DNA of 64,000 nt from Candidatus Marinacidobacterales bacterium (GTDB taxonomy: Bacteria > Acidobacteriota > Vicinamibacteria > Marinacidobacterales > SMYC01): positions 1,472,001 to 1,536,000 of the forward strand of contig OZ250169.1 of NCBI GenBank assembly GCA_965237955.1, written 5' to 3'. Below the pieces are notes generated by a model. It was not told the DNA's origin. It did not search any database and worked only from the letters and a program-made list of their open reading frames with translations. The position numbers and the translations under genes were made by a program. Below are positions 19,569 through 29,077 of this stretch, in pieces (the stretch's first letter is position 1; every line of letters begins with the position of its first letter).

Positions 19569-20213
19569 CTCCGTAAACGCGATCAGCTCGCGGTGAAATT
19601 CATCAGGGCTATCCAGATAGCAGGGGTGGCTCGCGCCTCGGAGGATCACGCGCCGGCTATCGGTAATCGCGGCCGTTAGCACAACGGAGTCCTCGAGCGG
19701 AATGACCTGGTCGTTTTCACCCCACACGACCAACGTGGGGACACTGACCTTCCGGAGCGCCTTGACATTGGCGTCGATGCCGCCCGGCGCCACTGGGACG
19801 AAACCAAGAACCCGATCGGTAGCGCGGATCACGAGCGGGAAACTGAACGCACCGCTCATCGACGGAGACACCACGACCGCTTTGTCGATAGCAAGAGCAT
19901 CCATGATCGTGACCAGCAGCTCGTTTCGGTCGATGTCGACGGTCTGCGATCGCCCGAACCCGGGTAAGTCGAGAGCAACGACGTAGTATCCGGCGTCGGT
20001 GAGCTTGTCGATTGTGCCCAGCTTGCGCCACGTGTCCGAGCTGAACCGGGCCCCGTGCAGCAGCAACATCGTCGTACGGCCAGGCTCGCCCGCCTCGAGA
20101 TAGTGGAGCTTCTTGCCCGAGAGCACCAGCTCACGCTCGGCGGTCTCTGCGGATGCGCCCACGCTGCACTGTAAACCAAATACGACCACGGCGAGACATC
20201 CCAGTCTCTTCAT
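19551..20213 (-). CDS. Alpha/beta hydrolase (ABHD14-like)
   Basis: LHGARFSS, DLPGFG, SPSMSG, HPCY motifs. Confidence 0.9.
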   Translation of the reverse strand: MKRLGCLAVVVFGLQCSVGASAETAERELVLSGKKLHYLEAGEPGRTTMLLLHGARFSSDTWRKLGTIDKLTDAGYYVVALDLPGFGRSQTVDIDRNELLVTIMDALAIDKAVVVSPSMSGAFSFPLVIRATDRVLGFVPVAPGGIDANVKALRKVSVPTLVVWGENDQVIPLEDSVVLTAAITDSRRVILRGASHPCYLDSPDEFHRELIAFTESLPAR

Positions 20214-20277
20214 GGTGAAACTCTAACACAGCATCGTCCACGGGTCGCTCCCTCACCCGCTGCAGTAAACTTGAAGC

Positions 20278-21534
20278 ATGCGTTGGGCGATTGCGTTTTG
20301 GTGCACGCTTTCCATCGCTACATTCGCGCGCGGTGAGACGCACGAAGTGCGAACGCCTCATTTCACCGTTGTTACCGATGCAGGCCTTGACGTGGGCAAA
20401 GCCGTCGCCGCAAGGCTCGAGAGCATCCGCGTGCTTCTCGAAGAGGCGTTCCCAACGGAAAATCGCAGAGGTATCGCGACCACGTCGTCGTGCATGCGGT
20501 CTCGGACGAGCAGGCAATGGCGCGTCTACTGCCCGCCATGTAGGAGGACGAGAACGTCCGCAAGCCGGACGGGCTCTTCTGGGAAGGACCTGACAAGGAC
20601 TACATCGTGGTTCGACTCGATGCTCCCAGTGAGGGGCCCTACGCCACCGTGTACCACGAGTACTTTCACGTCTTCGCGCGCGCCCGCTTCGGACGGCTTC
20701 CGCTGTGGCTCGACGAAGGTCTCGCCAAGTTTTGGGAAATGACGTCGACCGACTCGGGTCGGGTACGCATTGGCGTGCCTAGCCGGCGGAACTTGAAGAT
20801 CCTCGACGACGAGCCGTCGTTGCCGCTGCCGATCCTCTTCGCTGTCGACCACGGCTCGCCCCACTATGAAGATACCGAGCAGTCCGCCGTTTTCTACGCG
20901 CAGTCCTGGGCGCTCGTGCACTTTCTACTGTTGGGGGACGACACCGGGGAACGTCGTCGCCAGCTTCTCCAATACGCGCGCGCGTCGAGGGACTACTTAG
21001 AACATCCGTTCGGCGATCTCGAAGCTTTGGCCCAAAGCGTGAACGCTTACACGCGGAGGCGCCGGTTCGCCGGCATCGAGCGTCCCGCGCCCGACACCAT
21101 CCCCGAGAACGAGCTTCGAACGCGATTGCTGAGTGAAGCCGAGGCATTGGCGGTTCGAGGCGAGTTCCTCGTCCACGGCGAAACACCCCAACGAGCGCGT
21201 CCCGTCCTCGAACGAGCGCTCGCGCTCGACCCGGAGCTCGCGGTGGCCCACGAAGGTCTCGGTTTTCTCTTGCTCCGAGACGGTTGCACCCAGGAGGCCC
21301 TCGACGCATTCGCGCGTGCCGCCGAGCTCGATTCTTCGAGCTTTCTTGCACACTACTACCACGCGATCGCGAGTCTTCGCGCCCGCGCATCTTTTCGTCG
21401 CCACCTCAGTGGCCGAGCTCCCATTTGAGTACGACGACTACGAGCGTGGCGCGACGGCTCTCCTGAAGGCTGGAAACGAGTCCGAAGCCACAGAGCACTT
21501 CCGCACCGCCGAAAAGCTCGGCTACGAACCGTAA
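20278..21534 (+). CDS. HEXXH gluzincin-like (DUF1570-type) plus TPR protein, two frameshifts
   Basis: HEYFH, PLWLDEGLA, FYAQSWALVH; TPR-like helices; pieces in different frames. Confidence 0.7.
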
Positions 21535-21616
21535 CCCGCGGTCCGGCTCTTTTTTTCATCCCCGCAGGGAGGTTTTCCCCACCAATTCTCGTCTTCAAGA
21601 AGAACAAGGAGGCGAA

Positions 21617-22741
21617 ATGCCAATGCTCAATCCCTTTAGCCACGTCAATCTCGTGCCGAACGAGGAGCTCAAACAGTTCCTTTTGCACGACGACATCATG
21701 GTACGCGAGAGCGTCGCGTTCTATCTGTTCGAATCGTGGTCGCCCGACGACGCTCTCATCCCGCTCGTGCTCGAAGGGTGCCGCCGCTATGGTGAAGAAT
21801 CCTCGTTCGCCATACTCGGGTTCGCCCGCCGGTTCCGCTTCAGCACCGGGGCGCTCCTCGACGCGGTGCAAGAGCTCGAACGCTCACAACCACCTCACGT
21901 GGAGGAGTGGCTCGGCCGCGCACCGCTCGGGCTGATCCAAAGTCACGAAGATCTGCTGCGAACCGTCCTGTCGTTGAACACGATGGCGCGCATCGAGCGC
22001 CGGCGAGCGTTTGCGGGTATGTCTACGACCGAGCTCTGGCGTCGGTTGACGGCTACCGCGCACCGCTTCGATGCGCAGGGCTCGGACCGCGAGGAGCAGC
22101 ACGAGCTCGAGGACGTGAAGGAAGCACTTGCGACCCGCGAGACGCAACCGGCGGTCCTGGAGAAAGTGCGGGAGCTCGATCAGCTTCCGGGACATTGCTT
22201 GAAAACGTGCCTCATCGAGTTGGCCGGCGCGATGAGGCTTCACGAGCTCACGCGTGTTCTCGTGGAGCGTCTCGGCGATCCCGACGACGACGAACTGGCG
22301 GAAGCCGCGGCGGCATCGTTGGCCCGTCTGGGCGCTCCCAGCGTCGTCCGACAGATCCGCGAGCAGTATCCGGACAGGCCCTGGGATTTTCGTCTATTCG
22401 CCCTGGGCGCGCTCCAGGCGATCAAAACCGAGAGCGCCGAGACGACACTGCGCGCTCTCCTCGAGATCGAAGACGACCCCGCGCTCCGGGGACGCATGTT
22501 CGACGCCTTGCGATTTCATTTCACCCAAGAAGCGGCGGCACGGATGCGCGAAGAGATCCGGGAGCGTAGCTCATGGATGCTCGACGACGAGCTCAAAAAA
22601 GCCCTCTACGTGAACGCGGTGATCCTCGGACGCGACGACCCGGAAGCCGAAGCCTGGGTGTTTGACGACGACGATGTCGCTGAGGACGGCATCCTGTTTC
22701 ACATCCCGGTGATGGATTTTGACGAAGGGCCCCTCGAGTAA
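21617..22741 (+). CDS. HEAT-repeat protein
   Basis: Helical repeats such as AAASLARLG; AAGGAGG RBS. Confidence 0.7.
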   Translation: MPMLNPFSHVNLVPNEELKQFLLHDDIMVRESVAFYLFESWSPDDALIPLVLEGCRRYGEESSFAILGFARRFRFSTGALLDAVQELERSQPPHVEEWLGRAPLGLIQSHEDLLRTVLSLNTMARIERRRAFAGMSTTELWRRLTATAHRFDAQGSDREEQHELEDVKEALATRETQPAVLEKVRELDQLPGHCLKTCLIELAGAMRLHELTRVLVERLGDPDDDELAEAAAASLARLGAPSVVRQIREQYPDRPWDFRLFALGALQAIKTESAETTLRALLEIEDDPALRGRMFDALRFHFTQEAAARMREEIRERSSWMLDDELKKALYVNAVILGRDDPEAEAWVFDDDDVAEDGILFHIPVMDFDEGPLE

Positions 22742-22763
22742 CTGCGCCATATAATGTCCCTCT

Positions 22764-25151
22764 GTGAAAAAGCGTCTCCGTGTGAGTGTTCGTGGGCTGG
22801 TGGAGCATTGTCTCCGCTCGGGAGACCTCAACCTCGAATCGTGGGGACCGTCCTCGTCGTCCTCTTTAGGCGACGCCATCCGTGCCCACCAGAAAGTACA
22901 GAGCTCGCGCGGCGAGGGTTATCGCAAGGAAGTCACCCTCTCGCATGTCGTCGAGAACGACCACTTCGCCCTCGAGATCGGCGGCCGCATCGATGGCGTC
23001 CTGACGAGAGACACCGGCGTCATCATCGAAGAGATCAAGACAACGGCCGGCGATCTCGATGCCCGCGCGGCCCGGCCCGTTAGCTTCGGCTTCGCTCCGA
23101 CGCACTGGGGCCAGCTTCAGGTCTACGCCTATATCTACGCGCTCCAAAACGATCTCGAGGAAGTCGAGGGACGACTCACCTACTACCAACTGGAGAGCGG
23201 ACGCACTCGCGAACTGGAGCGGCATTTCACCATCGCGGTCCTTCGCGAGATGTTCGACGAGCTCGTCGAACAATACCTCCGTTGGGCGAAACGTATCGAG
23301 GACTGGCTCTCCGAAAGAAACGACACGATTACTTCGACGGAGTTTCCGTTCCCGGCCTATCGTCCCGGCCAACGGGAAATGGCGGTTCAGGTCTACCGCG
23401 CGATCCAGGAAGAGGGCCGGCTTCTCGTGCGCGCGCCCACCGGTATCGGCAAGACCCAAGCTACGATCTTTCCTAGTATCAAGGCGCTCGGCGAACGTCG
23501 AATCGAGAAAATCTTCTACCTCACGGCGAGGACGACCGGCCGCGCGCTCGCGGAACAAGCGGTGCGCGAGCTTCGCATAAGCAACGGGTGCGGGCTTCGA
23601 CTCAAGTCGGTGACTCTCACGGCGAAAGACAAGATCTGCTTCAACCCTGACAAAGCCTGTAACGGCGACGAGTGCGAGTTCGCGCGCGGCTTCTATGATC
23701 GCATCGACGCCGCGGTCGAAGAGCTCTTCACACAGGACGACTTCTGCCGTGAGAGCATCGAGACCGTCGCCCACACGCATCGAGTCTGCCCGTTCGAGCT
23801 GTCGCTCGAGCTCGCCCTTTGGGCGGATCTCATTGTGTGCGACTACAACTACGTTTTCGACCCACGTGCGTATCTCCGCCGGTTCTTTGCCGACAACGGA
23901 GGTTCGTATGCGTTCCTCATCGACGAGTCACATAACCTCGTCGACCGCGCGCGAGAGATGTACTCGGCCGAGCTTCGAAAGCGGGACGTGCTCGCCCTGC
24001 GCCGACTCGTCGACAGGGGCCGCCATCGCGCGCTCCATGGAAGCTTGAACGCCATCAACCGTGCATTTCTCGACGCGCGCGAGCGATGCGACAGCCCGAG
24101 AGCCGACGCCGAAGCGCCCGAACCACTCTATGCGCCGCTCAAAACCTTCGTGCGCCAAGCGGAGAGCTTCCTCGCGGCTGGCCTCGAACGCGGCCATCCC
24201 GTGCATCAGGTACTGCTCGACCTCTACTTCGACGTATCACGATTTCTTCGTGTCGCCGAACGCTTCGACGAGCGCTACGTCACGTGTTACCAGGCAGTTG
24301 GTCGTGACGTCCGCGTGAAGCTCTTCTGCACCGACCCGTCGAAGGAGCTGGCCGAATCGCTCGACAAAGCGAAATCATCGGTGTTCTTTTCCGCCACCCT
24401 CACGCCGATGAACTATTTCCGAACGGCGCTCGGTTGTGGCGCGGACGCCGCCTCGTACGTCCTTCCTTCGCCGTTTCCAGCGGAGCACCTTCGAGTCCTC
24501 GTGAACGATCGGATCGCCACGACGTACAAGAAACGCGGCCAGACGCGCGTCGCGCTCACGCGGCTTCTCACGACGTTCGTCGAGCAGAAGCAGGGAAACT
24601 ACTTGCTGTACTTTCCTTCGTACGAATACATGAGCGCGGTCGTCCAAGAGTTCGAGGAGCTCGCAGCTGACGTCGAGACGCTGGTACAACGCCCGGACAT
24701 GAACGAAACGGAACGCGGCGCGTTTCTCGAGCGATTCTCCGACGACAACACCGACACGCTCGTCGGCTTCGCGGTCATGGGTGGGTTCTTCGGCGAAGGC
24801 ATCGACCTCGTGGGCGAGCGTCTCACCGGCGCCGCAATCGTGGGGGTCGGCCTTCCCAGCCTTTCACCCGAGCGCGATCAGATCCGCGACCATTTCGACC
24901 GCACCGCCGGCAGCGGGTTCGACTACGCCTACGTGTTTCCCGGGATGAACCGTGTGCTCCAGGCAGCGGGACGCGTCATCCGCTCCGAGTCGGATCGCGG
25001 CACGATACTGCTCGTCGACGAGCGATTCGCCCAGGCTCGCTATCGCAGCCTCCTTCCGGCCGAGTGGCAACCCGTCTCTGTCGCCAGCGAGCTCGAGTTG
25101 AGGGAGACTCTGACCACGTTTTGGTCGCGGAACGTCGGGGCTTCGGTATAA
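22764..25151 (+). CDS. DinG/XPD-family FeS helicase with N-terminal PD-(D/E)XK nuclease domain
   Basis: GRIDG...IEEIKT...QLQVY nuclease; Q-motif RPGQ, APTGIGKT, four FeS cysteines, DESH, QAAGRVIR. Confidence 0.92.
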   Translation: MKKRLRVSVRGLVEHCLRSGDLNLESWGPSSSSSLGDAIRAHQKVQSSRGEGYRKEVTLSHVVENDHFALEIGGRIDGVLTRDTGVIIEEIKTTAGDLDARAARPVSFGFAPTHWGQLQVYAYIYALQNDLEEVEGRLTYYQLESGRTRELERHFTIAVLREMFDELVEQYLRWAKRIEDWLSERNDTITSTEFPFPAYRPGQREMAVQVYRAIQEEGRLLVRAPTGIGKTQATIFPSIKALGERRIEKIFYLTARTTGRALAEQAVRELRISNGCGLRLKSVTLTAKDKICFNPDKACNGDECEFARGFYDRIDAAVEELFTQDDFCRESIETVAHTHRVCPFELSLELALWADLIVCDYNYVFDPRAYLRRFFADNGGSYAFLIDESHNLVDRAREMYSAELRKRDVLALRRLVDRGRHRALHGSLNAINRAFLDARERCDSPRADAEAPEPLYAPLKTFVRQAESFLAAGLERGHPVHQVLLDLYFDVSRFLRVAERFDERYVTCYQAVGRDVRVKLFCTDPSKELAESLDKAKSSVFFSATLTPMNYFRTALGCGADAASYVLPSPFPAEHLRVLVNDRIATTYKKRGQTRVALTRLLTTFVEQKQGNYLLYFPSYEYMSAVVQEFEELAADVETLVQRPDMNETERGAFLERFSDDNTDTLVGFAVMGGFFGEGIDLVGERLTGAAIVGVGLPSLSPERDQIRDHFDRTAGSGFDYAYVFPGMNRVLQAAGRVIRSESDRGTILLVDERFAQARYRSLLPAEWQPVSVASELELRETLTTFWSRNVGASV

Positions 25152-25158
25152 TGTTCAC

Positions 25159-26805
25159 CTGATAACCACCTTACTGGCGGAGCTCGATGTCCTCGCGCTC
25201 GACTGCCAGGCGACGGCACCCAACTCCGCCGACGGGCATCTTCTGGAGATCGGCTGGAGCGACGTCCGCGCATCGGAGCCGTCATCACCGATCGAGGCGG
25301 AGCTCTTCCAACTCCCGGAAGGGGCCGACCTTCCGAGGCGCGTCAGCCGCGTCACCGGCCTGGACGAGGCTGCGCTCGCCGCCGGGCTCACCCCGGAGAA
25401 GGAGTGGCCTTCGGTCGTGAAAACAGCGCGATCGATCGCGGAGCGAAACCGACAACCACGCTGCACGACCGTCATCCACTTCTCTCGATTCGAAGAGCCG
25501 TACCTCCGCTGGTTAGAGGAACACGTAGGTGCGTCGTTTCCTCTCGGCATCGTGTGCACCCACGAGATCGTGCGGAGACTTCTTCCCGCACTTCCCCGCC
25601 GCGGCCTGAGAGCTGTCGCCGGCTATTTCGGGCACTCCGTGTCCGAGCTCAGGCGCGCCTCGCAACACGTCTCGGCCACGGCCGCCGTGTGGCGCGCTTC
25701 GGTTTTGCTCCTCGAGCAGAAAGCGGGTGTTCGCACGCTCGATGAGCTCGACGCGTGGCTCCAGGGACCGCGGTCTCGAGCGAAGCCAACGCGCGCGTAC
25801 CCGATGAGCTCAACGAAGCTCCGCGGCCTCCCGAACCGACCCGGCGTTTACCGCATGCTCCGCGGAAACGGTGACATCCTCTACGTCGGGAAAGCCACGT
25901 CGCTGAGACAGCGCGTCAGCAGCTACTTTCAAACGCGCGCGCCCCACGCCGAGCACATTCTCGAAATGCTCACCCAGGCACGCGACCTCGAGCTGACCGT
26001 GACGGGCTCCGCGCTCGAAGCAGCATTGGAAGAAGTCGATGAGATCAAGAAACTCTCACCGCCTTACAACAAAGCGCTTCGCGCCGGCGAGCGCTCGATC
26101 GTGTTCGCGACACCCGCGCTCGATCATGTTTCCGACACGCCCGAGGGCGAGCACCGGCTTGGGCCACTCGCCGGTAGCGATATATGGAAAGCGGTCGCAC
26201 TGCTCAGGCAGAACAACCTCGACACGACGCCTTCGGACGTGTTGGTCGTACCCGAGTCGTACGCGCCGGAGGAGTCGACATTCAGGTCGGGCTTCGAGCG
26301 TTTCCGCTCCGAGCTAGGGACGACGTCACTACTCGCGCACGGAGCACGGTTGTGGCGCGAGAGCCTCGAAGACGACGTGGAAGAAGAATTCCAGCTCGAG
26401 ATGCAATACGACGTCGGTGCCGAGCGGTGGACTCCCGAGGGCGTCAAAAAACACCTGCATGACGTCGTGAAACGCGCCGCGCATCTAGTTCGCCGGGGAC
26501 ATTGGCTTTGTCTTTTGAGCGAGTCCACACTCGTTTGGGACGAGCCCGGTGAGGGTGAAATCGCACTCGTGATCGAGGAAGGACGGATTCGCTCACGTCA
26601 CGACCGCTTCACCGCACAGGCGGCCACTTACAGGACATTCGACGAACGCCGCCGCTCGTTCGACCTCGACACCTACGATCGCTTGACGGTTCTCACCAAG
26701 GAGATTCGCCGCCTCGTCAGCCAAGATCGACCGCTACATCTCCACGTCGGTCCGTCGGCAACACTCACGAACGACCAGCTACGAGCACGACTGCGATGGA
26801 TCTGA
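25159..26805 (+). CDS. Variant DEDD-like exonuclease fused to a GIY-YIG (UvrC/Cho-like) endonuclease
   Basis: Frame is open upstream of the ORF call (LDVLALDCQATA..LLEIGW); PGVY...YVGKA..LRQR GIY-YIG motif; start codon uncertain. Confidence 0.8.
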   Translation: MITTLLAELDVLALDCQATAPNSADGHLLEIGWSDVRASEPSSPIEAELFQLPEGADLPRRVSRVTGLDEAALAAGLTPEKEWPSVVKTARSIAERNRQPRCTTVIHFSRFEEPYLRWLEEHVGASFPLGIVCTHEIVRRLLPALPRRGLRAVAGYFGHSVSELRRASQHVSATAAVWRASVLLLEQKAGVRTLDELDAWLQGPRSRAKPTRAYPMSSTKLRGLPNRPGVYRMLRGNGDILYVGKATSLRQRVSSYFQTRAPHAEHILEMLTQARDLELTVTGSALEAALEEVDEIKKLSPPYNKALRAGERSIVFATPALDHVSDTPEGEHRLGPLAGSDIWKAVALLRQNNLDTTPSDVLVVPESYAPEESTFRSGFERFRSELGTTSLLAHGARLWRESLEDDVEEEFQLEMQYDVGAERWTPEGVKKHLHDVVKRAAHLVRRGHWLCLLSESTLVWDEPGEGEIALVIEEGRIRSRHDRFTAQAATYRTFDERRRSFDLDTYDRLTVLTKEIRRLVSQDRPLHLHVGPSATLTNDQLRARLRWI

Positions 26806-26925
26806 CCCGCGTCCTCTTCGTCTCCGATACGCATCTCGGATTCGATCTTCCGCGAAGGCCTCGCGTCGAGCGACGCCGACGAGGGCCGGACTTCTTCGAG
26901 AACTTCGAACGAGCTCTCGAGCCCG
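26796..26925 (+). pseudogene. N-terminal relic of an Mre11/SbcD-like metallophosphoesterase
   Basis: RVLFVSDTHLG...DFFENF, then the motif series (GD, GNH) is lost. Confidence 0.65.
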
Positions 26926-27074
26926 CGCACGACGACCACCCAGCCCGGGTGAAGGGTCTCTCCGTCGAAAACGTGAGACGACTCGATGGCGTAGACATCT
27001 TCCGCGTGCGAGCGCGACGGAGCAACGAGGACCACAAAGGATGCGATCAACATCATGAACAGCGCCTTTTTCAT
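26925..27074 (-). pseudogene. N-terminal relic of a secreted amidohydrolase
   Basis: Signal peptide, then AIESSHVFDG...VVVVRG, the first beta strands of amidohydrolases; truncated. Confidence 0.5.
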
Positions 27075-27131
27075 ACGAACGTCTCCTCGACGACGGATGT
27101 TACAATGTGAACGATCCGAGACAAACAAACA

Positions 27132-27887
27132 ATGAGCGAGAAAGAGCAAACCTCCACCGAGGAGCCGTTCTTACTGACGATCCTTCCGTTCGTCGGCCTG
27201 GGGTTATTGCTGGTACTCGCCGTCGTTTGGCGCGTGCTTCCTGGTCGGGCGGAAGAGCCTGGTGAGGGTCCGTCGACTGCGTCGCCCGAAGAGATTGCCG
27301 CGACGGTGATCGCTCGCTGGGAACAAGCGCCTACGCGTGACATCCCGATCGAAGCGGGCCGCGACTTCATCCTTGGACCCGAAGACGCTCGGGTCACGCT
27401 CGTGGAGTTCAGCGATTTCGAGTGTCCCTATTGTCGTAACGCCGCGAACGGTGTTCACGACATCATGGAGAAATTTGACGGTGACGTTCGCCTCGTGTTC
27501 AAGAACTTTCCTCTCGACGTCGCCTGTAACCAACAGATGAAGGAGCCGATGCACCGTCTCGCGTGCAAGGCGGCAACGCTCGCGTGGTGTGCGGGCCGCC
27601 AAGATGAAGGGCTGTTCTGGAAAACCCACGACGCGCTCTTTCGCGAACCGCAACTGACGGCGGACACATTGAACCGCATCCCGAAGGATATCGGCGTCAA
27701 TCGAGAAGAGCTCGACGCCTGCATGGACGCGCCCGCATCGACCGCGGCCGTGCAAGAAGACATCACGCTAGGACGACGCGTTGGCGTTTCCGGAACCCCA
27801 ATCTTCTTCGCGAACGGCCGCAGGGTCTCCGACTACCGGCGCGCCCCTCTCGAAGCCGTGGTCGAGCACATTCTGTCCGAGAATTAG
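27132..27887 (+). CDS. DsbA/Com1-like thioredoxin
   Basis: EFSDFECPYC and GVSGTP; N-terminal TM helix. Confidence 0.9.
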   Translation: MSEKEQTSTEEPFLLTILPFVGLGLLLVLAVVWRVLPGRAEEPGEGPSTASPEEIAATVIARWEQAPTRDIPIEAGRDFILGPEDARVTLVEFSDFECPYCRNAANGVHDIMEKFDGDVRLVFKNFPLDVACNQQMKEPMHRLACKAATLAWCAGRQDEGLFWKTHDALFREPQLTADTLNRIPKDIGVNREELDACMDAPASTAAVQEDITLGRRVGVSGTPIFFANGRRVSDYRRAPLEAVVEHILSEN

Positions 27888-27896
27888 AAGCCCGAC

Positions 27897-28031
27897 TCAA
27901 ACGCCGACCTTCGAGTAGAACCGGATGCTCGGCCGACCTTCGAGGAGAGCCGCAAGCTGGCCGAGCACTCCTGTCTCATCGCGCCACGCCAAGTACTTGT
28001 CATAGTGCGCACGCGATTCCCACTCACCGAC
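27897..28031 (-). pseudogene. C-terminal relic of an ABM (antibiotic biosynthesis monooxygenase) family protein
   Basis: Hand translation: VGEWESRAHYDKYLAWRDETGVLGQLAALLEGRPSIRFY. Confidence 0.55.
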
Positions 28032-28114
28032 ATATCTCTACCCTCCCTAAATGCGCCTGGTCTAACCTGAGACTCGACGTCGGTGACATCAGGTTCGCAC
28101 GGCGCGCCGTGATC

Positions 28115-28555
28115 TCAGAGAATCGAATCCGGCGCCGTCTCGAACGGATTGACGACCATCAGCCCATCGAGATCTTGACCGTCCTGCAAATCCTCGGTCA
28201 GCAGGAAAGTGCTGCGGGATTGCCGCGCCGCGGAGACGATCAGCGAATCCCAAAAGGAGAAGCCGTACCGGTCCTGGACCGTCCAGGCTCCCTCGAGAAC
28301 CATCGAGTCGAGTGCGATCGGCCTCCAAGTCACGAGCGAGCGCACGTCAGCGCGGGCGAGTCGCTTCGTCAGACCAGGGTCGAGCTTCTGGGTAACGATC
28401 GAGTAGTACTCGTGAAGCACTAGGTAGCTCAAGCGGCCGGCGCGGCTGTTCCAAAGGTCCATGACCCAGCGCCAAGCTTTCCGATGTTTGTCGCCCTCGC
28501 TCGGATCGCGCGCGTAGACCAAGACGTTTGAGTCAACGAAGATGGTCTCGGTCAT
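28115..28555 (-). CDS. vapC: PIN-domain toxin (VapC family)
   Basis: FVDSNVLVY, LHE, FWDSLI, TEDLQ. Confidence 0.92.
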   Translation of the reverse strand: MTETIFVDSNVLVYARDPSEGDKHRKAWRWVMDLWNSRAGRLSYLVLHEYYSIVTQKLDPGLTKRLARADVRSLVTWRPIALDSMVLEGAWTVQDRYGFSFWDSLIVSAARQSRSTFLLTEDLQDGQDLDGLMVVNPFETAPDSIL

Positions 28556-28775
28556 GGAGCTCCTCCCGCGTGGGATACTTGGCGTCGGGCTTTTTCAAGG
28601 GAGTCGGCTTCACGGACAAGTAGCTTTCCCGCGCAATCTCGTAGCTTCGCTCCTCTTCCATCAGGCGCCGCAGCATCTCGCCGACGAGGCGGGACACGCT
28701 AGTGTCCTCCTCCGCGGCACGAATGCGCGTCCAACGCGCCACGTCCTCTTCGAGTGTGATGGTGACGTTTTTCAT
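28533..28775 (-). CDS. RHH/CopG-type antitoxin
   Basis: MKNVTITL...SVSRLV...TREELHDR; overlaps the toxin gene. Confidence 0.88.
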   Translation of the reverse strand: MKNVTITLEEDVARWTRIRAAEEDTSVSRLVGEMLRRLMEEERSYEIARESYLSVKPTPLKKPDAKYPTREELHDRDHLR

Positions 28776-28781
28776 AACACT

Positions 28782-28810
28782 ATTATTGTGTAGCACGAAG
28801 TTCGTGTCAA
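28782..28810 (-). promoter_or_regulatory. Leaderless TA promoter with operator palindrome
   Basis: TTGACA-17-AATAAT ending 6 nt before the ATG; CACGAA-G-TTCGTG dyad at 28794-28806. Confidence 0.75.
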
Positions 28811-28847
28811 TAAAGGCCCGAGAAATCGGGTATACTCCCAAAACAAC

Positions 28848-29071
28848 GTGACTAACCCCTCACCCATCGCCGGACGGGTTATCGGGACCGAGGATGATAC
28901 GCTCCTCGAGCTCTGGGTGGCCGTCGCCGAGGGTCAGTTCCTCCAGCTCGATGGTGTCGTCACTCTCGCGCGTGAGCTTCCGAGCGGCGAGACGGTCATC
29001 ATCTTATGAGTTGGTGCGTCGACGCCCGCGCCGGATCCGAAGGGTCGGATCCTTTCGACGGGCTACCATAG
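28848..29071 (+). pseudogene. Internally deleted herA-like ATPase relic
   Basis: GRVIGTEDDTLLELWVAV...LQLDGVV (HAS-barrel-like start) followed by a DPFDGLP-stop tail directly before sbcD. Confidence 0.55.
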
Positions 29072-29077
29072 GAGCGC

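Noticed and set aside
22764-25151. Type IV CRISPR CasDinG or Cas4
   Set aside because: No csf/cas genes or array nearby, and the nuclease domain lacks the Cas4 cysteine cluster. It fits a stand-alone nuclease-fused DinG.
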